Shown one piece after another: positions 1 through 10,700 of a DNA stretch of 64,000 nucleotides. A model generated the notes under the pieces. That model ran no database searches, was not told the origin of the DNA, and was given only the letters and a program-made list of their open reading frames with translations. The DNA is from Macrostomum lignano (lineage: Eukaryota): the NCBI GenBank assembly GCA_002269645.1, contig NIVC01000224.1, forward strand, positions 348,781-412,780, written 5' to 3'. The position numbers were made by a program, and so were the translations under genes. Within the stretch, counting starts at the first letter, position 1; every line of letters starts with the position of its first letter.

Positions 1-367
1 CCCTATTAGTTAATTAATAGGAGGCCTAATATCTGATCTTATATCTGGCCTAGGCCTATATCTGGCCGATATTAGATCTAGACTAGAGCTTAAAGTTTAG
101 GCCTTAGGCCTAGTTTTAAATATATCTACTCTACATTGACTAGCAGACTAGCTAGGGCCTAGGCCTAAGCTAAGATTGGTTGAATATGCCTTTAAATCTA
201 GATCTAGGCCTAGCCTAGCCAAATAATTGGGTGGCCTGCCATGTGCCACCCAAAATTTGATAGATGGAATGAATAGGCCTATTTGGTATTTATAAGCCTA
301 TCTAGGCCTAGGCCTAGTATTTAGAAAGTAGGTCATTTTTTTCTATTCGGCTCATTCTTAGATTTGT

Positions 368-1654
368 GGACTTCTTCAAGTTTATGTTGATAAAATACTT
401 CCGATTTTTTGATTTTTCTGAAACTTGCGGTGGAGACTTATGGGGTACCCAAAATTACAAAAGTGCAAAAAAGTGTAGAAAGTTACCTGTATGGTTGATG
501 CAATGATGATTTACTTGATTCCCTATTCTCTTAATGAGGTTCGGTGAGAAAAAGTTTCTACAAATACATTTTTGAAAGTGTATCCACTTGACTTTTAATT
601 TTATGGCACATGTGCTCGAACTTCATTAGGCCAATTAAAGATGAATATTAATAATAATATCTACAAAATATGCTACAAATTATATGCAAATGTTTTTTAT
701 ATTGCGGATATAGTTTTTTATAATTTAGTTATAATGCATAGACAGTGCCATGTCACTATGTGCTTTTTTTAAAAACTGCACGTCACAACCCGCTCAATCT
801 TTGCACTGCACTTTCACTGCACCCAGCCAAAGCAACGTTCAAAACTCACACTTGTATTTCGCACCTCAAAACCAACTACTGTACAAGGCTAGATTACTGA
901 TTCTATTGTATTAAGGCAGTAACAGCACTTAATTTCGGTAAGCAAATTCATTTAGATAAAGTTATTTTGATTCAAGTTTATGTTGATATAATTAAATAGA
1001 GATTCATTGTCAAATAAATTCCAACTTGTTTCACCCCCCCCCCCCCCCCCCCTATTAGAATTGGAACTTATCAACACAATCTTGAATAGGTCTCTATGCC
1101 TCTATTCAAGTTTATGTTGATAAAATCAATCCCCATGAAGAATCTCCCCACCCTAAAACCCCCCATTCCCCATGCCCCGGTGGTTGGTTTTAAGCTATAA
1201 CCCCCCCCCCCCCTATTAGAATTGGAATTTATCAACACAATCTTGAATAGGTCTCTATGCCTCTATTCAAGTTTATGTTGATAAAATCAATCCCCATAAA
1301 GAATCTCCCCACCCTAAAACCCCCCATTCCCCATGCCCGGTGGTTGGTTTTAAGCTACAACCCCCCCCCCCCCCCCTATTAGAATTGGAATTTATTAGCA
1401 CAATCTTGAATAGGTCTCTATGCCTCTATTCAAGTTTATGTTGATAAAATCAATCCCCATGAAGAATCTCCCCACCCTAAAACCCCCATTCCCCATGCCC
1501 CGGTGGTTGGTTTTAAGCTACATATAATTGGGTTAAAGCTACCTAAAAATGGAGCGCAAATTTGAAATCAGCACCATCAAAAACCCTTATAGAGACAAAA
1601 TTATGATCCTATCCAAATTGAAACTATTTTATCAACATAAACTTGAAGAAGTCC
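368..1654. mobile_element. Non-autonomous DNA transposon (MITE), 1287 bp, possibly Merlin-like
   Basis: Perfect 30-bp TIRs GGACTTCTTCAAGTTTATGTTGATAAAATA (368-397 and 1625-1654); 8-bp TSD AGATTTGT (360-367 and 1655-1662); three internal copies of a unit of about 165 bp. Confidence 0.88.
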
Positions 1655-2453
1655 AGATTTGTTTCCATTTTTTAAACAAATATAAGAATAAAACAAGATG
1701 GCAATTGTCAAGTTTCATTTATTAAATTATTTTGATTCTAGAAAAGTACTATACAAACTATTTTAAGTAGGCCCCTATAAATAGCTATTCTCAAGAGACC
1801 TAGGCCTAAGCTTAATCAGATCAATAGACCCTAATTTTATGCTTTAAAACTTGTTATAATATATGACACCAAAAAGCTACAATGGTCTATGGCCAAAACA
1901 TTAATAAGTGAATGAGTCTTTATAGAAACCAATAAAAATATTGTGCTAGCCTATACTTCCTATAAGTTTTTAGTATTTCTATGTGCCTAATAAACATCTA
2001 CAATGATAGTGCTATTATATTATTGCAATTTATACAAGTAAATTAGCTGATTAATAACAATGTTGAATTCACATGCAAACTAGAAATTAAACTAGCCATT
2101 TTGTTTTACTAAGCAAAATAATAACAATAAATAGTTTTTGTTATAAACATAGTCATCTAGACAGTATATATATATGAGCCAATTTTTGCCCAAATAAACC
2201 CAACTTTCTAAACTTGCTAACTTACTGCTTGCTCTTAGCTCGTTCGTTCTATATTCTCAGATAAACTTTGAAACTTTATTGAGTTAGTCATTTTAAGGAA
2301 AGAGAGAGTTACCATGCTCAGAAAATTGCTAAAAGAAGGGTTTGTAAGATATACAAAGGAAACTCAAAGAGTTGTGTTATGACCTTCTAATCCCAGTGAA
2401 TGCCCGAGTAGGACAATCTAATAAGTTCAAGTAGGCCCTATTAGTACTAGACC

Positions 2454-2550
2454 ACTCAGGCCATACATAAGATGCTACCAGACTAATACATAAGATGCTA
2501 CCAGACTAGTACATAAGAGGCTACCAGACTAATACATAAGACGCTACCAG
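2454..2550. repeat. Short tandem repeat, about 23 bp x 4
   Basis: TACCAGACTA(A/G)TACATAAGA(T/G/C)GC repeated. Confidence 0.8.
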
Positions 2551-2741
2551 TATATTCAAATGAAATTTTAAAAAACAGTTAAAGAGTGAAAATAGAAAGT
2601 GCAATTAAGATAACTTTAGTAGATAGGAACAACACCTGTACAACTTTGGTGGCAGCTCGTAGGATATTTAATAAACACTAGCATCAATAGTTAGAGTTTA
2701 GAAAGACAAAGCCAAAAGCCCTGTCACAATATTATTGTTTA

Positions 2742-3261
2742 GGAAGTGCTTATCCCCACAGTCCCTTGCCAATAATTCCAATTTTATCCACATAGATCCG
2801 TGTCAATAATTTTCAGCTTATCCCCACGGCTAAAAACTAGATTGTGCAGTTGTTTATGTTTAGTTTTGTATACTGACGTTAAATCAATATTGTCATTATT
2901 ATTTGTAATATTATCATTAAGATTATTATATTTTGAATTTTGAATTTTGCAAGTCTTATATTCGCCTTGATCTTTGGGTTGTTTGGTTGTTCTAAGCATA
3001 AGCCAACAGCTAAGCAAATATTTAAAATTAACCCTTTTAAGGACAAAAGTTTTAACAAAGTTTAACAAATACTCAGTATTATTCAGTATTCAGTACATGT
3101 AGTTTATTTGGAAGATTTATAAAACAAGGTTTTTGAACAGATTCATTTTAAGGTTCTTTATTCCAATAAGCTGCCATGAGGATAAGCTGGAAATTATTGA
3201 CATAGATCCATGTGTATAAAATTGGAATTATTGGCATGGGACTGTGGGGATAAGCATTTCC
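2742..3261. mobile_element. MITE, 520 bp, long TIRs, Mutator- or Merlin-like
   Basis: Imperfect TIRs of about 84 bp (2742-2825 and 3178-3261) starting GGAA; 9-bp TSD TATTGTTTA (2733-2741 and 3262-3270). Confidence 0.85.
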
Positions 3262-6200
3262 TATTGTTTATGGTCAAATTGCCATATTAGAAAAACTATA
3301 TTAGAATAACACATTTTAATATAGCTTTTTGCAATCCATTTGGGCTTATACACCTTGAATTTAATCTAAGATAAGTCAATGTAATCAAGTTTTTGTCTAT
3401 AGTAGCAAGGCTAAATATAGCTGCATTTAATTTGGTCTAAAAAGTATCAATTTGGTCCATAGCTGCAATTACAACTGCTGCAAAGGACTAGAAGAGCAAG
3501 ATTAACCTTAGAATTGTAGACCCTTTGCTAGGCTTCCAGAAGAATGCCATTGGCTTGTGATCAAAGCATGTGAATACCTGAAAGATAAGGAAACCATTGC
3601 TAGCATAGATTGCCTGCAAAAGGATAACAATTACCAAGGCAAGTTGCTAGAAGCTCAGGTCCAACTGCTACTAGATGTAATTGAGACAAACTCTTTGTTG
3701 ACATTGCAGAAAATGTAGTACTTAGTTGAAGGAATGGTTCCATTTGGTTGTCAGATTTTGTCTACTAGGAGAGCTCTAAAAAAGCCACAAAATTGTTAGT
3801 AGAGATGCTACTATTCCAGTAGTATGCAATAGTCTACATATAGTTGCAAGAAGGCAAGAATTTGCCAAATGGCTTATGAGAGTTTAGACCAAATTGATAC
3901 TTGATGGACCAATCTAATTGCCACTATGCCAGCCTTGCTACCATAGACAAAAGCTCCATTACATTCAAAAATGTATCCCGGATTAAATTCAATGTGCGTT
4001 AGCCCAAATAGGCTGCAAAAAGCTATATCTAATGTAATATTAACATAACTGACCTAGCTAGTAACATAGCTAGCTAGAATAACTTGAAACCAAAAGTTTA
4101 GAAGTAAGTTTAAATGTGCTAATACCAATATTTGAAAAAATAGACCAGGTTGGCTAGAAAGACTAAATTTTCTATAATTATGCCAAAAAAATCTTATTAT
4201 ATTTAATAGACTAAGCTATTTGAAGAATTTTATTTAGGCTGCAGAAGAAAAATGAGTAGATTGGAGTGGGAACACTGGTTGAAACTAATTTATTAACATA
4301 ATCTTATAGAAGTCCAATTTCCTTTTTATTTGTTACTTTCAACATTTCATTTTAAATATAATTGCAATGCATAATATACCTTTTTAAATCTTCAAAAATG
4401 TTATAATACTTTGCCAAAATATTACTTTTGTGATTTATTAAAACATTACTTTACCAAAATGTTATGTAGATATAGCCATTATATATAAGATAAGCTATTA
4501 AAACTTTGATTTTGAGGTTGCTAAATTTGAATCCCTAGAACTATTTTTCCATGCATTTTTTTGAAATCAAAAAGTCATTCCTATATTATTATTAGACACT
4601 AGACACAAAATGGCTCTTTTTGCTAGCCATTCAATGTTAGAAAATCTGTGCAAAATGTAACAAGTGGTAAAAATCCATCCTTAGAGCTAACCTTTAGTTA
4701 GCCATCACCAATTTGCAAGAGAGTGGTAAAAAATTGATATGTTATTTTATCCCTATAATGCAGCCCTCATGTTGGTTCTCAATTGCAATCACAAATCTAA
4801 AATCATACTCAAACAAAAACTTGTTATTACTTAAAGATAAATAAAATTGAACTAAAATTGGAATTAATTTTTATTAGTTCAAGATTTAAGCCAAACATTG
4901 GTTGGATTTTAGGGTGTCATACAGAATGATACGCAACATCTATCTAAAGTATGCAATAGCAAACTATGGTCTCTAGCCTTTGCATCTTTCTAATATCTCT
5001 TGGGTCTTTAAAAATGTCTTTTTTCTCTTTACTCTTTCTTTTCTTTTCTTATCTTATTTCTCTCCTTTCTTTTCTCTTTTTTCCTACTTCATTTTATATT
5101 TGCTTTCTTTTCTAGCTAGCATTTATAAATTTGAAAAGAATAGCAATATAAAAATTGTTCAATTTGTTAACAATTAATAGGCCTATTATTTTGTGATTCA
5201 AAAATTTATTTTATCTCCTAAAAATTATATTATAGGCCTTTCTTTCTTCCTTAAACAAGGGTTTTGTTATTTTTTGCCATATGTCTGTAATGCTTATGCT
5301 TTCCTACTCTTTGATGACTACTATTGCTACCTACTAACTCTGTTTGTCCTTAATAACTAGCACAGCAGGTAGCTGGCCTGAGTAGTCTAGCACTATGGTC
5401 CAAGAACCCTCGCTTAGTCTCTATTAAGTTACAATCAGATATTAGACCAAGTTCTGGTAGTTGGGTTGCTGCCACCTTGTAGGTCTTTAGGTAATATCCT
5501 CAACAGGTTATTTCCTATGTTAACCTACTGTAAGTAGAAAATAAATAAGACAAGTTAGTTAAATGTTTAATAATGTAAATAACAATCATAGGCTGATCCT
5601 AAATTATCGTTTAATTGCTCAACTGGTGTTAGAGTAACAAGCCCTAAGCCTTATTAGGTGTCAATTTGATGTTGCCCCACAGTGTAGGTTGTAGGCCATG
5701 AAACCAGGTCTTGACAATGTTGAAGGTCTGGCATGCTATCGACACAATAGCCTGTGGCAGTCTTTAATAAGCATCCCTAGGTTATCCCTAGGAAAAATGT
5801 CTAGCGAATCTGCCTAAGCTAGGGCCTAGTTTGTCTAGGAAAAGCATCTAGGAATACTAGCTCTTGCTCAAAGCCAAGCAGGTAGTCTCCTTGGATCAGA
5901 TGATGGTCTCTTTGGGCCCTCACCTACTCTGTATTTATACTAAAATCTGGGGGGGGGCTCAGAGTTAATAGGAGGCTCAGAGGCAGTTCCATGGACTATC
6001 CAGAGCTAGGAATGATCTCAGAGATGTCCATAAAACATCTGCCTCATCACAAGGCCTCTGCATGGCCTACTGGTACACTGCTTGCATGTTGCAGCATGCA
6101 AGAAGTGCAACCAAGACCCCATGAAAGCCTATCCCCTGGGTGGAAAGCTATGCTCTTCTTCCCCTTGACTAATAAGGACCATAATAAGGGAGAAATATCC

Positions 6201-6689
6201 CACTGACTAATATTCTATTTTGAGTCCATTGCAGCCTAAGCCAGATCCCCACTTGGTCATAGTTAGTTAGTATTCGAGTTGTAGCTATGGGAGCAGGGCA
6301 TAGGGTCTGTGTGCTTGCAGCGCGCCCTACCCTTCTTCCCTTTCCTTGTGCAGGCTCAGGTTGGGTGTGCAGCTGTCACGGGACAGGGAGAGAGTCTCTC
6401 CCTATCTCCCACCAAGAAATAGCCTATGCTAACTATGCTGGATCACAACATATCTATAGCTCTTAATTGCCATATATCTGTAGCTATTTAAAAAAATTAG
6501 ACAAGGAAAAACAAAGGATATACATATAAAAAGATAGGTGCAATTTTTCAATAGCCAATATATGCACAAACTCTTAAATTTATATTAGTCATACAACTTT
6601 AAAAAAAATGATTTGCTAATTCTATTTTGTCTTAGTTCATTTTAAGCTCTAATAGTTTAATTGAAATTCTTTAGTCAGATAAGCTAGGT

Positions 6690-6980
6690 CATACATGCGC
6701 AACAGTTGGCCGAGTCGGCCGATCCGGCCGACCGATTTGGCGGCCAACCAAGGAAGTCGCAAAAATGCCCACCCAAAAAAAGTAGTAGTACTAAGTAGCT
6801 GACGAGGCATTTTGACTTAATAAGACAGTTATAAGTACTCCTGCCGTTTACCCAAAGTTGCGTTAATTTTGCGTTAGGGTTTTTTTACATGTAAGTCGCA
6901 TTTTTGGCCAAAAACTACGTCGCATTTTTGTTAAAACTAAGTCGCATGGCCGACCGAATTTTGGAGGTTGCGCATGTATG
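6690..6980. mobile_element. MITE, 291 bp, P-element- or hAT-like
   Basis: 14-bp TIRs CATACATGCGCAAC; 8-bp TSD AGCTAGGT (6682-6689 and 6981-6988); internal AAGTCGCA and GGCCGACCGA repeats. Confidence 0.88.
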
Positions 6981-7455
6981 AGCTAGGTTGGCTAGGCCTA
7001 GGAGTTGTTTATATAAATGATAGCCTATATAATTACTTTTGGCCTAATGTTAGTTTAAAAATTATAAAATATATAGGCTTAGACCATGTGTTTTAGACTA
7101 AGGCTAATTATATAAGTATTTATGCAATAGCAGATTGTACTTTTGCAAATGATGGAATGATTTTTTTATAAATAGTTTTTTGATAGAAAAAAAGTAAAGC
7201 TGCTCAATGGACTATTGAGTCTTGACTAATATACCTATATTCTATAATCAGTAAACATTTATTTAGTGGCTTTGCCAAATTCCGACTTTTCAGTATATGG
7301 TATTTGCCATAATAATTAAATAAGAAAACAGCTTGCCTTGTGCATGCCTTTTTCTGCCAATAAAACAAATGCACTTTTGCACTGGCTAGAAGTTCCCAGT
7401 GCTTCAAAGCTAAGCCCTGTAATACCCACAAAGAGAATTCTTTTAACCTTCGAGC

Positions 7456-7778
7456 ATGTCCGCCGAACTTAATCCCGCGTGGATTCGCGAAACCAAACAG
7501 CTATTCGTCGATTTAACATCAAAGAATGACGAGACTCGAGCTGAGGCTTACAAACGCCTTTGCCAATTTATTCAATTCGACCTGCCAGAAGCCTCCGCCG
7601 AAGCTGTTAATGCCTATGTTGAACGATGGAATGGGAAAATTGTTGAGTTGATCAACTCTGGCGATGTCAATGACAAGCGAGGCGCCGTTCTAGCAATTGT
7701 AGCCCTGCTGGATATTGAGCACAGAGATTTGGCTGCTGCTATCTCACGCTACGATAGCAACTTAAGGGTGCTGTTCAG
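7456..7778 (+). CDS. TOR: TOR exon 1 (N-terminal HEAT)
   Basis: ATG at 7456, MSAELNP...[13 protein letters not shown]. Best donor is AG/GTTAGT at 7779; alternatives at 7783 and 7787, so the 3' boundary is approximate. Confidence 0.8.
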
Positions 7779-10700
7779 GTTAGTTAGTGACTTTAGTCCC
7801 CTGAGTTAGGTGCTTCTGACACGATCTAAGTGCGCAGAGAAGAGACTACAATTCTGACATTGATTAAGCAGTTGTAAAGTGAATAGTTAGAGCATCGGAC
7901 TTACAACTGAGAGGTCAGGGGTTCGATTCTCGACCATCTGGGAACTATTCGTGCCATTGAGCAAGGCACTTAACTCTGCATTGCTTCAGTTCACCCAGCT
8001 GTAAAATGGGTGCCAGCATTAGCTGGGGTAATTGAGGGTGTGTGTGGCGACCCCCCCAGTCCTTGGACTGAACAGCCGTACGCAGCCTTCAGATGCAGTG
8101 CTCATAAGACGAAGAAGGCGATTTTTGAGTCACGAGCGCATCACATGGCTTGTAGAATCCTAAAAGTCTCGAAAAAAGTAGTCCAAAAGTCGTTGCGTTA
8201 GCGCTTAACTGTCTAATATCTCAAACAGATTAAATAGAGTTGCTATAAATGCAAAATGCGATTCTGATTTATCAAGCGACTTGGCGACTTGTACCGCGAC
8301 ATCTTGTCGTTTTAGAGTCGTCTAGAGTCACTGTTGCCTTTGTGGAGTGACTCTTCATTGGATGACAAGGATGCTGTTTTGTACTCATCCCAATTTATCA
8401 TCCTCAAACATATCCTCCTCAGATCATTGGACGTTTCTCTGGCGGAAACTTTAGCAATCGCCTTCTCCTTGGTAGCGTCTCGAGCTCCGCCCGGCTTCCT
8501 ATCGCAGGACTTGGTCTCTAAGCACATCGATCGTTGCGCTGAAAATGTCTATCACCAGGAGGTCGGCCGGCGTCTGTTTAGCGTGCATTTGATGCGAGAA
8601 TTTGCTAAAAAGTGTCCCACAGTAGTCTATCAGGTATGGGGGCTTGTTTGCGTGATGCCTTAGTTTTGTAAATTCTTTGATATCAAGTGTGTGTCTAAAG
8701 TCTCTTTTTTTCTAATCTATAATATTTTAAATCTAATCTAGCTAATCTATCCTATCGTATCTACCGAATGTATCTAAACTAATCTAGCTAATCTAACCTA
8801 ATCTATCTAATCTACCTAAATTGAATCCGTCTGATCAAACTATCTTATCTACTCTCTAATCTACGTAATCTAATCTAATCTAATCTAATCTGTTTAATCT
8901 TAGAATTTGATAATCTTAGAATTAGAATTACACGTTTATTAAATCCGTCTACTCAACCTATCTAATCTAATCAAATATATCATATGAAATCTAATCTAAT
9001 CTAATCTATCTAATCCGTCTAATCCATCTAAGTAAATCCATCTAAACTGGTCTATCTAATCCAATCTAATATAATCTAATCCACTCTTATCTAATTTAAT
9101 CCGATGTATTATTATCTATCTAGTCTAATGTATCTAATCTAATCTATCTGCTCTGTTTCACCAATCGAATCTAATCTAGTCTAACCTAATCTAACCTACT
9201 TATTAAAAATAGGCATCTAATCTATCTCTCAGATTCCAAGACAACCTGAAACCCCGTTGTACTGCTGTCCCATTGAATCTGAAAAAAATCTCATCGCACT
9301 TTCTGACGCCACCACAGAGCATTGAAACGGTATTCGGCATTCTGTTTAGCGGCCTGCGCGACTCCAAGCAGGCGGTTAGAGAGGCCGCAGCCAGCGGTTT
9401 CCGCGCCTGCCTACGCATCACGGCCGACCGGGAGGTGACTCGGAAAGGCGCCCGATCTCGCGAGCTGCCCAGCTACTATCAGAAGATGTTCAGCACCATT
9501 ATCGAAGCGCACGAGGATAGCGAGGCTACTAAAAAGAATCGACTTAGCAAGGAAGATTTCGTTCACGGCTCGTTGCTATTGCTTAATGAGCTGCTGGTTG
9601 CCAGCAATGCGGATGCTGAGCGAGTCCGGCAGGCGGTTCTGCGAGCGTCTGCTCAGACGCCGCAGCCGATGACCACGACTAGCCTGCTTGGTCGTAGCGT
9701 CGGTGTACCATTGGATCGTCTGGGCATCGGCTCGGCTGCCGTAGTCAGCGTTGGCGGCGGTTCAGCCTCCGCTATTTCGGCTGCCGCTTCATCTGGCGTA
9801 GCTTCCGTTGTTGGTGCCGCGTCCAGCGCCGCCGTCGGTTTGTTGGGCTCGGCGGTGGGCTTAAGCATAGACGATCGAGATGACGCATCGGGGACTGTGC
9901 CAGTTGAATCTGTGTGCTGTAGGAATATGTTTGCCGAGGTTAAGAATTATCAGACTATTGGCAATAAAGTGTTTAGGCATTGTTCGGCCAGATGCGGCCC
10001 GCAGGTTGGTTTTATTGCTTGTTTCTTAATATTTTAATGCATTACAGACACTTTTACAGATGTTATTACAGACAATTACAGATGGTATTACAGACACTTA
10101 CAGATGGTATTACAGACACTTTTACAGATGTTATTACAGATAATTACAGATGTTATTACAGACAATTACAGATGGTATTGCAGATACCTACAGATGGTAT
10201 TACAGATACTTACAGACACTTACAGATGGTATTACAGACAGACACTTTTACAGATGTTATTACAGACAATTACAGATGGTATTACAGACACTTACAGATG
10301 GTATTACAGACAATTACAGATGGTATTACAGATACTTAAAGACACTTACAGATGGTATTACAGACAGACACTTTTACAGATGGTATTACAGACAATTACA
10401 GATGGTATTACAGACACTTACAGATGGTATTACAGACACCTACAGATGGTATTACAGATACTTACAGACACTCACAGATGGTATTACAGACACTTACAGA
10501 TGTTATTACAGACAATTACAGATGGTATTACAGATACTTACAGATGGTATTACAGACACTTTTACAGATGTTATTACTGACAATTACAGATGGTATTACA
10601 GATACCTACAGATGGTATTACAGATACTTACATACACTTACAGATGGTATTACAGATAGTTACAGATAATACTACAGACACTTACAGATGGTATTACAGA

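Noticed and set aside
4980-6206. Small ORFs at 2784, 4980, 5991 and 7204
   Set aside because: Short, low-complexity or inside a MITE; no recognisable domain or splice support.
7868-7935. Functional tRNA gene
   Set aside because: A/B boxes are present but the acceptor stem does not close, and SINE core sequence follows.
9273-9317. 5' and 3' extensions of track ORFs beyond the exons (for example 9273, 29700, 38620, 39978 starts; 59521-59556)
   Set aside because: Intronic read-through; homology and splice signals set the true boundaries.
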